DNA of 64,000 nt, the filler included, from Rhabdomonas costata (taxonomy: Eukaryota): assembly GCA_019059605.1 (NCBI GenBank). It is 19 parts of 19 records of this genome, joined end to end, with 100 filler letters (N's around TTAATTAATTAA, not from the genome) between each part and the next. Parts side by side here need not be neighbours in the genome. Positions count along the whole stretch, not along the records: positions 47,248 to 50,542 come from JAHMHO010001086.1; positions 50,643 to 53,914 come from JAHMHO010001087.1; positions 54,015 to 57,286 come from JAHMHO010001088.1; positions 57,387 to 60,659 come from JAHMHO010001089.1; positions 60,760 to 64,000 come from JAHMHO010001114.1; 14 more parts are not named here. One strand, 5' to 3'. Shown piece after piece: positions 48,246-61,092 of this stretch (positions are counted from its first letter, which is position 1; every line of letters starts with the position of its first letter). The translations under genes and the position numbers were made by a program. Below the pieces are notes generated by a model, which saw nothing but the letters and a program-made list of their open reading frames with translations, did not search any database and was not told the origin of the DNA.

Positions 48246-50436
48246 CTCGACTCCCATAACGAGTTCAAATATGTCCGCTGCGCTCTGCAGTGCTGGGCGG
48301 GTTTTTCCGCGCATTGTTGCAGTGCTTTTTCGGGAGAGAAAAGCATGCCTGTCGTTGAGGCCACCATAGGAGTGCCAGTGCGGGGCATATATGAAGCTTG
48401 GGTTCAGCTTGTGCAGCCAAGTCAGAGGGTCGAGGTAGAGCACGTCCATCCGAGCTAAGATTATCCACTGAAAGTGGTTCCCCTGCGGGGAAGTGTAACA
48501 AGCTGCTGAAGCGGGGATACCCGCAACATACAGAAAATGCGTGGAAAAAGACAGGCGGGCAATAAAATGCAATGTTCCTGTGTAAGACCCAGGCCAAGGC
48601 GAGGTTGCATTGGAAAAAATAAAGTGGTTCCANNNNNNNNNNNNNNNNNNNNNNNNNNNNNNNNNNNNNNNNNNNNNACAGGCGGGCAATAAAATGCAAT
48701 GTTCCTGTGTAAGACCCAGGCCAAGGCGAGGTTGCATTGGAAAAAATAAAGTGGTTCCATCAACAAACGAATACGCCGATTAAAAATGAAAACTCAACAG
48801 CAATAAACAACCGCAACGTGCACCGCTTGGATTGGAAGCAAAAACATGCAACAATGGCCCAATGATGCGAAGGGGTGGTGGTGGTGGTAACCATATGAAT
48901 CCACACAGCCACCCTTCTCCTCTTGAATTTCACCAGCCCTCACTCATTTGATGAAGCCTTTCATCGTTGCAAGGTTGCAAGCGTTGAGAATTCCACAGGA
49001 AGTGATGTCGACACCGCTAGGCTAGATCTACGGCAGGTAACCCAACAAAAAACACCAGAACAACACAGAGCGGCAACCGTTTCCGCCTCCCACTGCAAGC
49101 GCATCGCGTCACAGATGCTGCGAAAGTGATGGGTGGACAAGTACTCGTTGATGTAGCCGCGCCCAAACTGCCGGATGTTGATCTGCGTCCATCGCCGCAG
49201 CAACGCTTGCACGCACCTACACGACACGCCCACGGAAATAAACGCAGGAGGACCAGGACGTGGAGTACAACTTTCCAACTTTATGGGTCAACCGACGGGT
49301 CTGGCCTTTGCCTACACACATGGGAACCTTTTTATTTTGCCCGGTGGCCATGATATTGCCGAATACCCCCCCCACACACACCAAGCAATTGCTTCAAGCT
49401 GTCTCTTTGTATTTCTCTCTTTGTATTTTCAATCACAACATCACAAGAGGACAACGCCTCTAGAACCTTGCATCTGGAGGTCCCCGAGAGGCCCCACAGA
49501 CCAGGAGGCTTGAGGACAGACTCCCAGCCACCTCTTCCCTCCCCATACATACGGTCAGAATGGTTCAGCTGACGATTCTCACAGACCTGATGCAACAACC
49601 CAAAGTTGTGATCAGCGGAGATGAAAGCCCCGAAGGTTAGGCGTCGACTCCGAGCGATAGAACACAGCCCTCACAACATAGGAAAGGCACAGACGGAAGG
49701 CTGCAAAAGCTTTCAGAAATGATCCGCCCTGGCCCGCTTGTGCAGGAGAAAGGCAAGCTATACCGGGAGGGTGCCGTGGGACGCTTCATGATTCTTAGGT
49801 GCAGATGCACGCCATTCACATAGCGAAACAGCTCCGTCTGCGCGGCAGTGTCATCTCTGCGCAAGCGAGCAGCACCGACAGAAGCTAATTGCTCCCTCCC
49901 CTGCCGTCCGTTCAACCTCCTCAGAGCGCAGCGTCTGCTCTTGGGAGATTACTGGGGGTGTTGTGGCGATGGTCTATTATATGCATTCCTTGCCTCGTTG
50001 GGGAACAAGTGTAGTTGGTGCCCTCCCAATAAGAAGAGCAGGTGACAAAGATTGCCTAAACTGCTGTTGTCGCTTCCCCACCGTCCTGCTCATATACTTT
50101 CATTCTTTCATTCTTTCGGCAAGGGACTTCTGCTGCCCTCCCTCCTTCCCTCCCCATATGCTTTCTTGGCGATACCCCCTGATGCCGAAACCCAGAAAGC
50201 CCTTTTTATGTGATGATTCCGCTTCACTTGGGAGCAAACAGAGGTTTCCGAAGGAAACGTGTTCTTTTGGGGACTAGAACTCAGATCATCCGTATGGATT
50301 GCTGGCACATATGTTCGTAGTATTTCCCTATTACTGTTCAGCAATAAGGGGGGAGGGGATTCACCTCTCGGCGACCACGAAGACATGAACTGTATACCCG
50401 CCCCGCAGCACCGGCAGGAAGACGTTGCGGTGAATG
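48246..50436 (-). CDS. Glycosyltransferase-like protein of the R-x-D / GLNDR-motif family, partial (paralog 1)
   Basis: Phase-consistent GT-AG exons 50436-50365 (IHRNVFLPV...VHVFVV), 49856-49764, 49216-49078 (C..MR...E) and 48482-48246 (FQWIILARMDV...P...YGGLNDRHAF). The gene structure is solid; the function is inferred. Confidence 0.8.
48551..48759. other. Assembly artefact: identical 82-bp sequence on both sides of an N gap
   Basis: 48551-48632 equals 48678-48759, flanking 45 N. This is the pattern of an unmerged contig overlap. Confidence 0.9.
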
Positions 50437-50957
50437 CTGCAAATCGTCCTGTTCAGCGTCCGTGCCTGTGCAAGACATCAGCCAGAGAAGCTCGGCATCA
50501 GATTACAACATGCGGATTATCTGAGTTCTAGTCCCCAACCACNNNNNNNNNNNNNNNNNNNNNNNNNNNNNNNNNNNNNNNNNNNNTTAATTAATTAANN
50601 NNNNNNNNNNNNNNNNNNNNNNNNNNNNNNNNNNNNNNNNNNTCAATTTTAAACCATTTGTTTGAACGGAGATTCGAAAATGGATGGGGTAGAGGTTGGG
50701 TTAGGGTGTGTCACCCAAAGGTGAGTCTTTGCGAACAAAGGCTGTGCCAACAACTCTCTCTTCCCACAAGCCGCCGCCGGCCAACCGGAAAAATGAATGT
50801 TAAAAGCGAGCTACCGCAACTTATGGGTTTCGGGTTGCCGGTAGTCGGTTGCATATTTTGGTTTTTTGTGAGCTGCAATAGAGCCGACATTCTCACCCTC
50901 AGAGAAAGGTTCGTACCTGTCTTTTGCTTTGTTTCGTTCTGCTGCTTTCCGAAAAAG

Positions 50958-53914
50958 ATGCCCAGCATTGCCGAGGTTTTGGACGGCATGCGTCAGAAGG
51001 TCGAAGACAGGCTGGCTCAACCTTCAGACAGCTTTCTTGTGCGAATCCAAAAATTCTATCTCGCCTTCATGCTGGCTGTGCTGATCTTTAGCTACTGTAC
51101 GGTTTCCGCGGTAGACGTCTTTATATTTTCAAGGAACGTCTTCTTGTTCTCCTTAATATACCATCTTCTAGTCGCGGCCATTCTGGTGGGTTGCCTGGCG
51201 GCTCTAATCCTAACTCAGCGCATCGAGTGGCCCCGAATGGTCTGCCTCTCAGTGTGCTGGCTGAACCTTCCTGAGGCCGTGCTCTTCTACGGTGGCTTCG
51301 AGCACGGCACCCCGGTCACATTGATCCTGCTGTTCCACTTCTTCTTTGGGCTGCTCTTCTACGACACCTACGTTGTCCCTGCACGATGGCTGATGTTTTC
51401 GGTCCTGTCCGCGGCAGTCCTTGCCGGTTTTGAAATTGGCGGTGACCTCCCCAGCTTTTATCGTCTGAGCCGTGAGTGGACCGTAGAATCTCGGCCTCTC
51501 TGACCATCTTCTTTGCGGTCTTTCTGTTTGTGTGCATGTGGAGCTTGGTTCGCCGCTTGCAAGAGCAGGCGGAGGCTTGCAGGGTCGCCGAGACCAAAGC
51601 TGTGAAAGCCCTTGAAGCAAAATCAGCTTTCCTTGCCATGATGAGCCACGAGCTTTGCACTCCGGTATGCACCTGCTCACACTGTTCAGAGAAGGAACCC
51701 AGGATTTGTGCCGAAGGTGTTTTACAGTCGAAAACTGAAGCATCTTTTGACATTGATTCCCAGATACTGTTGCCGAATGTCAGTGGACTGCTCTGCCGAT
51801 GTGAAAAAGAATGATGTGTGACACCTAGCAAACTGTTAGAGAGAGAGAGCAAGAGTCGTTTTCAATTTAGAATGGGCGTCTGTAAATGCAATGCAGACGG
51901 AAGATTACCTGTCCACCTCCTCTGTATCCATTCTAATTATGGTGGCACAGTGCAATGTGTAATTTATGTGCTTAATTCTGGTATCTCGGGGTCGTAGTGC
52001 CTCTTCCAAGTAATGTAAAAGGGCAACAAGGTCGACCCTGCAACCACGGTGGCGGTGGCCTGTTTTCACGTTCCTGTAATTCTTTCCCATTCTCCGCTCT
52101 CCAAGACCCCTCAATGTGCTGAGGGGTAGGGGGGAGCAGGGGGGGGACTGCACAAGCTCGGGAATCAAACCCAGCCCCAGCCTTACCATGCCTCACCGCT
52201 CACCCAAGAACCCCGTCATTTTTTTAGAAGTGGTGGTTGCTCTCGAGTTTCTTCTCAAACGCGTGCGCAATTGAAAACAAAACAAGAGAGTAACAGGGAA
52301 CGTCGTCATACCCTTTGTGCAACGTTAATGCTTATTTTTGCTCTGTGGGTGGTGAGATTCTCATGTCGAACTGCACAGCTCAATGGCATCATCGGATTTG
52401 TGGAACTTCTCCGGATGACTCCACTTAATGATACGCAGCAGGGCTATCTCAGCTCGATGGGATTCAGTAGCAAAACGCTGCTACGGCTGCTCAACGACGT
52501 ATGCCTCTTTGTGTTCACTGTTTGGCTCTCGTTTTCGTTGGCTGGGGCTCGGAGGTGTTTGGATTTGGTTTCTGACTTGATTCCCGTTTGCTCCCCTTCC
52601 CGTGTACCTCGTTTCAGTTCAAGAAAGGGCACCAAATTTATGGATTTGGGCATTTCTTGTTTACTTTTTTGTCGATCTCCGGGGCGTTTGTTGTTGTTGG
52701 TTTGTATATTTGGTGAATTGCCCTCAATTCACCAAAATTCGGCGTGCTCAGAAAGTTCGTACATTTCCTTTTGGAAGACGCAGACGAGTCACGGGATACT
52801 AACGAGAACGGATAGCATGAGCGATATTGCTCTCAGCCGGCCTCGGTATGCTCAGTGGTATTCCACACACAGTGAATTTCTACCTCACCCCAGGTCCTAG
52901 ATTACTCCAGGATGGAGGCTTCCAAGGTTACGTTGGAGGTAATGCCGTTCAACCTCCGGGCCTGCCTGGAGAATGTGGTGTCGATGATGAGGGGCCCGAT
53001 CGACCAGAAGGAGCTCGAGCTGGTGCTTCACATCCCAGCGGACTGCCCAGAGGTCGCCCATGGGGACGAGGCTCGGCTTACGCAAGTGCTGTCAAAGTAT
53101 GGTGTATTTCTCCGTTTTTTTTTACTTCTCAACTCTTGTTTTTGGAATAGGCGTCCCAACCCCTTCATGCCGTCTGCAGTAATCAAATATGACAAAGTTT
53201 GGTGCTGCCGGTGCTCGCGGAAATGATGTTGCTATTTGGTTTTTTTTCGAATATCGCATTGAAGGAACTCGTATTGCAGGCATTGTAAAACGGTCCTCCG
53301 TAATTCCCGCAAATGAGCTCAGATGTCAAAGGTTGCGGATAGCTATGTTTTGTGGTTGAATTCGAACACACGAACCCACTTTGTAACGGATGATGTTATA
53401 CTGGCTGGGGTGGGTGTATTTCTCCAGCTTGGTCTCTAACGCCACCAAGTTTACAAACTCGGGAACCGTGGAGATCATCGTCGAATGTAGGGAGCTATCT
53501 TCCACCGTTCTGCAAATGGGGCTCGGCACCACCGATGTTTTCCCTATGACTCCGGAAGACCAGGTCGGCCACCCCCTCTCGCCGATGAGTCAAGATTCCA
53601 ATGCTTCGCCTGGAGGTCAGCCCTGCGCCGATGCTTTGTACGCCTTGAGCTCAGATGTTCGCACAGTTAACTTCACCGTTCGTGACACAGGCATCGGGCT
53701 GACTCAAGAGCAAATTGCGATTCTCTTTCAGCCCTTCGTGCAGGCCGATCTCAGCACAACCAGGCGGTTTGGAGGCACCGGCTTGGGCCTCAGCATCTGC
53801 CAGAACATAGTCTCTCTGTGGAAAGGACAAATAAGAGTCCAGAGCAGAGGCTTAGGAACGGGCTCTACATTCACCTTCACTTACCCACTTCGGTGCAGTC
53901 GGCCCCAACCCACC
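50958..53914 (+). CDS. Multi-TM sensor histidine kinase (HisKA + HATPase_c), 3' partial, with an apparent frameshift
   Basis: Exons 50958-51664 (about 5-6 TM helices, AKSAFLAMMSHELCTP), 52379-52498 (LNGIIG...LLND), 52894-53096 (VLDYSR...GDEARLTQVL) and 53428-53914 (NATKFT, DTGIG, FVQAD.STTRRFGGTGLGL). Frame change near 51475. Confidence 0.93.
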
Positions 53915-54421
53915 NNNNNNNNNNNNNNNNNNNNNNNNNNNNNNNNNNNNNNNNNNNNTTAATTAATTAANNNNNNNNNNNNNNNNNNNNNNNNNNNNNN
54001 NNNNNNNNNNNNNNGGGTTTGGGGCGGGTGGTCACTGCTGCCAAGTTTCTTGTCCTCTGACTTCCTGCACACTGTACGATATTTATGATTTACCTGTTTT
54101 TTATGCTAATTCGGTGCTTGCGTCGGAGGTAAAAAAGGATTTGGTGGGAGTTGAGCTCTCTGCTCAATACGACTGATCCCGTGACCAGAAACTGGACAAG
54201 TTGACGTGACTCGAGATTTGCTCCTGGGGGTTTGTGTTATTCCAGCGCTGAAAGCCAAAATGGTCAAGCCACGCGCTGAGAAGGGGCGCATGGCGGGTAA
54301 CTCCTGTTAGACTTCTCTGCTCTCTGACATTTGGAGTTCAGACATGTTCATTCGCGAGTCCATACTTTTTGAACTTCAGCCTTCTTCTGCTTACGATCCT
54401 TTTTCTTCTGCGGAGGGTGAG

Positions 54422-55849
54422 ATGGCCCGGCCACCTAAGAAGCAGAAGGCGGGTAAGTCCCGCACCCTAACTCGGTTCATGGCAGAGGTGCACAGCTTCT
54501 CCGCGCAGTTTGAGAGGGATTGGGCCAGCGTTCCGAACGCCAAGGACGGGGAGAAGCTGCGGGTGATCGATCAGCTAGTGCAGGACCTGGTCCGCAAGGG
54601 GGGCCGGTTCCTGCGTCAGTTTGTGGCCAGCCACATGGACTGCGCTGGTAGATCCTGTGGGCTTGGATTGGTTGAACGTGTTTGCTATCATAAAGGCCAA
54701 TCCTGCTTGAAGGCGCAATGAACGCAAGCCCTTCTTTTCTCTTGCTTATCTTTGAGCTTCCCCCGCAGTGCTGTACCCCCTTGCTCCGTGCACTGTGATT
54801 CGCAGCAAAAATTACGAAAAGGGCCTTCAGGGGCCTTCCTGAGGACGCTGAGCACTGAAACTCATCTCCCGCCCCTTGAGCGACGTTGCATTTTTTGCTC
54901 GTTGTTACACTATCGCTTGTGCTGCTGGGTCTACGCTCTGTGTGGCGCTTGGCACCCCTTTCTTGCGCTTTCGGGATGTGGGAAATCTCTCAGATTCGCC
55001 TACATTTCCTCTCAGGAAAGATTGTCAGCGTTCTTGCTCGGTGCAAGCGGTCGCTGCCCTCCAGGCTTCAGCCGCGTTTGCATGAATTTCTGTTGGCCTG
55101 CCGGGAATTTCTGGAAGGGCGGTCTCCTGCAGGGTGATTTCCGTGCGCGCCATGCTTATGTGTATTTTGGTCCAGAAGGAGCATTACCCTACTTTGCCGA
55201 GATCTTTTGTAGAGGAAAGGGGGAGGTCAGACTTTGTCCACGTCGTCAGAAGACGAGTCAACGGCTCAAAAAAAGTGGCCTTTTTCCGACCCAGCATGAA
55301 AAACTACAAGAAGAAATGCGCTGATTCTTCGTATGTGGCATCGTTGTTTTATTGCACCTTGAGCTTTGTTAAGACTATTATTAGTTCTCAGCTTTCCTCC
55401 AATTCAAAGGTAGTTGTGCAAGCCTTCCTCTTTTCTAACGGGAGGGATCGGGCAGTCGTGATGTCCTCCTTAATGTTCCTCTCAGCTCCGTTTCGGCCTC
55501 GAAGAGCCCAGCGGGTGCTCGGGACGCGATGCTGGCCTCCCTGCCCTTGCTGGAGGACCACGACCGGGCGGGGCGGCTGCGGACGGAGATTCAGGGCTGC
55601 GGGGAGGCCCCCGCCTTCGTGGAGTGGCTGCAGCGCAGTGGCACTGAGGTCGCTGCGATGGCCGCCGAGTCACAGGCCTCCGTTATAGCAAGCCAAGTGT
55701 TTCACATCTCAGGGTTGGAGGCATTAAACCTCCACCAGCCTACCACCACTGTCTTGGCTACATTGTGGTGTACGTCAGCTGCCCCACCCCACCCATCCCC
55801 AATTACCACTTTTGGAAAAGAGATGACGCCGAAAGAGAAGCAAAAGTAG
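54422..55849 (+). CDS. Hypothetical protein with N-terminal basic NLS-like motif
   Basis: Exons 54422-54647 (MARPPKKQK...), 55016-55133 and 55486-55849 or earlier. GT-AG, phases 1 and 2 consistent, GC3-rich. The 3' end is uncertain. Confidence 0.65.
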
Positions 55850-56029
55850 GGGAAGAGAAGGAAAGAGCACAATCAATGAGTTGTCAACAACAGAGAGGGA
55901 ACCGGAATGTGGTGAAGGACACGCACAAACACTTTTCAAATGTCAAGAACTGCCACCCACCAAGTGTGGAGCAAACAAAACCATCCAGGTGTTGGCAAAA
56001 ATAAAGGTCAAAATAAGAGGGCCAGTCAC

Positions 56030-57217
56030 CTCCAGCAGGATGTCATTGATCAGCTGGATGGCCTGGGAGCAGATCAGGAAGTCTGCGTCGATGTCTCGCT
56101 TGCGGTCTTCTCCGCCAGGAACCTCGTGCTGCAACCCAACCCAACCCGCTCCACCCATTGCCAAAACCTTCATCATTACCTCTATGCTGGAGCCATCGCC
56201 CTTCTACACACAGAGAGATGAAGGAAGTAAAAAGGGGCGTGCAGATCAGCTGAGCATGAGTAATGCTGCTCAGAGGATTAATACCTTTACCACCGTGAAC
56301 GTCGCCCAGTGCACACAAGTGCACAATTTGTCAGCAAAGGGTAGGGATACAGACATTAAGCCCGGCATTGAACACATTATCAATTGCTCATTGTTTAGGG
56401 GAGGGGGAGCCCATGGCTAATTTGGAAAAGTCCGAACACCCACCGGAAATCATGGCACCTTCTCCAGTGTACCCCCTGAGCACTGAGAAGGGGTGAAAGG
56501 GCAGGTGGTTGGCTTTTCTGCTCAAGCTTGACGTGATCCTGCACTCTCTGTCCGAAGAACTTAAAATCAAAGTGGAGCTCCAATCCTCTGCCCCATTCAA
56601 GCTGCGGAGGACCTCGTTCTCCCTCCAGATGCTAAGGAAGGAGTTGATGTCGGCCTCGTTGTTAACGTCGGGCAGGGTGGAGTCCCGCACGATGCTCGCC
56701 CACCGCTGGTGCTTCTCATACTCCTCCAGCGCGAGGTCGATGCGAAGCGTGAAGTTGGCCCATACAGTCTTGAATTCCTCCGCCTGAAAGGTGAGTTCAA
56801 ACTATCCAGCCACCACCAAAAAGCAACCCAGCCAAACAGTGAGTCTTGGGCAGCATGTGGCAGGGGCATTGATGTGCGAGTGTGTGTAAAGCACATAAAG
56901 CGAAAGAAGAAACACTCACTGTGAGCAATGCCGATACAAAGGCAGGCACCTTAATCTTGTCTTCACCAGCGTAGTCTCGAGACGATCACGACACAGTGAC
57001 AAGAAATCAACAGATGGCGAAGGACCTAAAAATCAACCCACCACGCCGCTTCCTCCTCTCCCGCCGCGCGTGCGGAGGCGTGCCCCTGACCTCGGCCTTG
57101 AGACGCTCCACCTCGCGTTCCCCACGGACTTGCTCCTGGTGCCGCTTCAGGCGAACAGTCTTCTCTTGAGTCTGCCGCTCCTTTTCATGGGCTTTGAAGG
57201 CCCTCAAAGACAGCTCC
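56030..57217 (-). CDS. DNAI7: Dynein axonemal intermediate chain 7 / CASC1 (IC97)-like N-terminal region, partial
   Basis: Exons 57217-57091 (coiled coil), 56783-56613 (RWASIVRDSTLPDVNNEADINSFLSIWRE, like the Casc1_N W...LPD....IN(T/S)F.S.W.E motif), 56547-56473 and 56128-56030. Confidence 0.72.
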
Positions 57218-59251
57218 CTGAACCCCCCCCCACAACACACACACAGCAAGACACAAAGCCGGATGCTCTCTCAGTGCCCACAACCCNNNNNNNNNNNNNN
57301 NNNNNNNNNNNNNNNNNNNNNNNNNNNNNNTTAATTAATTAANNNNNNNNNNNNNNNNNNNNNNNNNNNNNNNNNNNNNNNNNNNNTTTTGGTGGGGAAC
57401 CACGGGGCCCCAAGAAAATTTGGTTTTTCTTTATATTGTTGTGCGTCCTAAATAGGTGTGTGAGTTGATTTTTTCCTTAAACCAAATTATATATTTTGAT
57501 TTTTAATATTTCTTTGGGGTCACCAGTCACCGAAATCCTCCAAGGCGGTTTGCCGTTTAACCGCCGAAGTCCCTAAGTATGTTTCTTCTTTGCGCTTACC
57601 ATCTGCTTGGCTAGGGGTACCAGACCGTCCACTCAACCTTTCTCCTGGTGGAACGTTTCTTCATTCCATCGCAGCCGCGGAGTTCAGGAACACCAGGTCT
57701 ATTTTCATTCCCCATGGCATCTGGTACTGGGAAGCAGTTGCCTGAAATGGGCACCGCCTCATAACAATAAAAGCAATCAATGGAACACTTTCAAATGAAA
57801 AAATGAATGACTTTACGGTCTGTAGAGGAAGCGCGGAGCACATAATGGAATGGCGTATCACTTTGAAATCGAGCTCTTCCTGGTAGTCAAATTTTGGACC
57901 CAGAAATACACTTTTAGAGCCCCAGGTGGGTGCAAGGCCAAAACAGCCATTAAACCTTTGGACCCAGGTTTTCGGAATTTACGGGTATAAGATGATGCTT
58001 TAAAGTCTCCGAAAGTGTTTTTCCGACTGGACTACCCCAAAACCGTGGGTAGATACCAACATGTCTCGCAATCTGTCTCCGCGTGTGCTATTGTAGCACG
58101 CTGCCGTGGTCGCCACCTTACTTTCCATTATGCGCCTTTGCAATTTCTTGGTGTATACGGAGCGTTCAATCTGGAAAAACCTGTTTCGGTTTTAAACCAT
58201 CCACAAGGTGGTGGAATCGTTACTGGGTCTCAGGTACAACTTGAAACCTAAAAAACTGGTCCTGTGGTTTGAACTCGCGCGGACTAAAACTAAAAAGCAA
58301 TTTAAACTTAATTGCAATTTAAAGGCAACTAAAAAGCTAAACTTAAAAAGAAATTTTTGTCCATTTTGTTGTTTTTCACGTTGGTCAGTTTTGTTGTAGA
58401 AATTCATCGCCAAAAGTAATTTGATTAGTTTAGTGATGGAGTCCACCCGCAGCGCAGCGCAGCGCTGCCTGAGCGGGCGGCTTAGGCATTAACGTTCAAT
58501 GGTGCTAGATTTTTTGTGGCAATAAACCTCAAACTGAACCATGAACAATAGTGTTTAGGTGGGCCGGTTCCACTGGATTTAGTTTCTTCCCTCATTTTAT
58601 AGCACACTTATAACGTATAACGGAGTGGAGTTATACCGTTTAACTTCACATAACAAAGTTTTATTCTTTGACTTAACCTAAAGTTTTGAGTTGACTCAAT
58701 AGACGTAAGTGGTGTAACGGTTTAATTTTGTAAAGCTGTTGCGCTTGGACCTGCTGTCGTTTTAATGAACTGACTTAAATACTTTAAAAGAAAGAAATTG
58801 ACTTCAGCTGAGAATCTTCAGACTCTTGAAGCCTCACAAGAATCCATTGTTCCAAACAAAGCACGAGAGCGCTTTTTTGCCTGCCCTGTTTGGGCGCTTG
58901 CCCGCCAGGCTATTTCAAACTTTTGAAGCCCTCGATTTCCATGGGTTCCTTTGTTCTTTGAAAGGTAGCCGACAGAACGACGGATTATCATCAACGCTTG
59001 ACCGATTGGTCTAGAAAACATCTGTTCAACTTGATTCGGCCACCTCAAAGCCAGATGTTTCTGTTCTCTTGGTGGATTCAGGTCTTTGGCAAGGCGGTTG
59101 CGATCGACGGCGAAAACACTCATACCGGCGTGTTCAAGGCAGCCTTCATCAGCAAGTTTGCCCCAACATCCAAATTTCACTATGGGTGATATACAACAGG
59201 TCACATGAAAACAAACAAGAAACCTAACCCAGTACACATGAACTGGACCGA

Positions 59252-60650
59252 CTAGGATTTCAGCACTGGACTCCGTCCTTCAGGTTCCTCAAAGCAGCTG
59301 CTGTTCGAGCATACACATGGCGCAGCCTCTTCCAGCCGAAGTAAGGCGGAGCGGTAGCTCCTCTTCCATTTCTCGGGGCACAGAAATTTTGACCCAGAGA
59401 AGGAAGAGCCTGTCACATGCTGAGATCTTCGGTGAGGGTAGGGATCCTGCACCGAAATCAGCCTCCCCTGTCCTTCACACCAACGCCCTCCACGGGTGTG
59501 CAGCCACTTCGCTGTCGCAGCCGCCCACAGGGCCTCATCCCGATGCTTGGCGTAGAGAACCACGGAGGAGCCAAGCGGCTGCGCTTGCACAGGCACACAG
59601 GCCCTTCTCCAACACGAGCTGTCATTGGAGGCGCAGCACGAGAGGTAGGCCACTGGCGGGAACCGCGCCACACGAAGCCCTGAGATGGCGAGGTGCATCC
59701 GGAGGAACAGCTCAGAGTTGGTGTTGCGTAGACACAGCGCCGTGGAGGCCTCTCCCGAGAGAAGATTACTCCACCGCCGCAGGTAAACCTTGGGACGATC
59801 ATGCGATCAGGTCAGTACAACGGTCTGTGCAGTGCATTACTGAGAGGTTTTAAAAAAGCCGCCAAATTCGACTCAGCTGGCGTCTGGGAGGGACGTGACA
59901 ACGATTGTCAGCAGTAACTGAAACAAATTTCCATTTTGACAGGAATTCCACAATACTCAGTGTTTCAGCTTACCGTACTCACCGTAATTACATTACAAAA
60001 CTCAATTTAAAAAGGATCCTCTGTTCGCAGAAAATTTCAAAACAATTCCAGTCTTTCTTGAACTCAATGCCTAGGGCCCCTCTTGGACCCCAAGACACAG
60101 TACTCTCTCACAATTTCTTCCTGCACCGAGACCTCCTCTCGCTAGCTTGTGCGGTCTCCAGGAGGAACTGAAAGAAGGTCAATTTTGGCAAAAATGCCCA
60201 GAAAACGTTTATTTTGAGGTTTGTCTTTTATTTGTGTGTGATCAAATGTGTGTGTGTGTGTGTGCAAATTCTCGTACGATCAGTGAAGCCACCGCCCCAC
60301 ATCACTGCAACGTTCTCTTGCTGGAGTTTGGACGAGATGAGAACCCATTAGCCCGGAACGGCAAGAACGGCTGGCCGAGGCAGAAATGTTGCCTGGAAGG
60401 CCTTTAACGGTGTGGGTTACCGCAGATCACCTTCCCTCCGGCTTAAGCAACACAACACCGTCAATGGTCTTTGCATCCTAAAGGAAACACGCAGAGGGAA
60501 ACCATGTGCCTGAAGCAACGAGGATTTGGAACCGTGACAGGGGCGTACCTCCGCTGCTGCTCGGCTGCACACGACGTGGCGGTCGTTCAGCCCCAGCAGT
60601 CCGTCTGGGCCCCAGTCCTGGCCAGCGGGGATCCACACCCACCCACACAC
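59252..60650 (-). CDS. Glycosyltransferase-like GLNDR-motif family protein, 3' part (paralog 2)
   Basis: An exon ending at 60549 (VWIPAGQDW...GLNDRHVVCSRAAAE) splices to 59788-59252 (VYLRRW...NSELFLRMHL...RFPPVAYLSCC...YAKHRDE, stop TAG). Confidence 0.82.
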
Positions 60651-61092
60651 ACCCAACACNNNNNNNNNNNNNNNNNNNNNNNNNNNNNNNNNNNNNNNNN
60701 NNNTTAATTAATTAANNNNNNNNNNNNNNNNNNNNNNNNNNNNNNNNNNNNNNNNNNNNGGTTGTGTTTGTGTGTGTTGGGCGCATAGCGCGCTGGCTGT
60801 TGCCTGACTGACCGTTGGTGACCGTGTGGACTAACGGGCGCAGGCGCCGTTGGCCACGGGTGCTCGCAAGAGGTACCGTTGGAGCGAACGGTGGCGTGGG
60901 GTACGGGATCACCGCCGAACGTTTTTGCCACAGGGGCCCTTTGTCGCGCAGCTACTCTTTTCCACCAGCTGCCACTGCTCCGTTGCTGATCGGGTCTCCT
61001 TGGTGTTTTTTTGCTTCTCGATCCACCTTGTGTGTGTGGGTGGGTGTGGGTGTGGGTGTACATTGGAAAACTCTAAGCAAGTGAAAGCACAC

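Noticed and set aside
48551-48759. Tandem duplication within the GT-like gene
   Set aside because: The copies are identical and flank an N gap, so this is an unmerged overlap.
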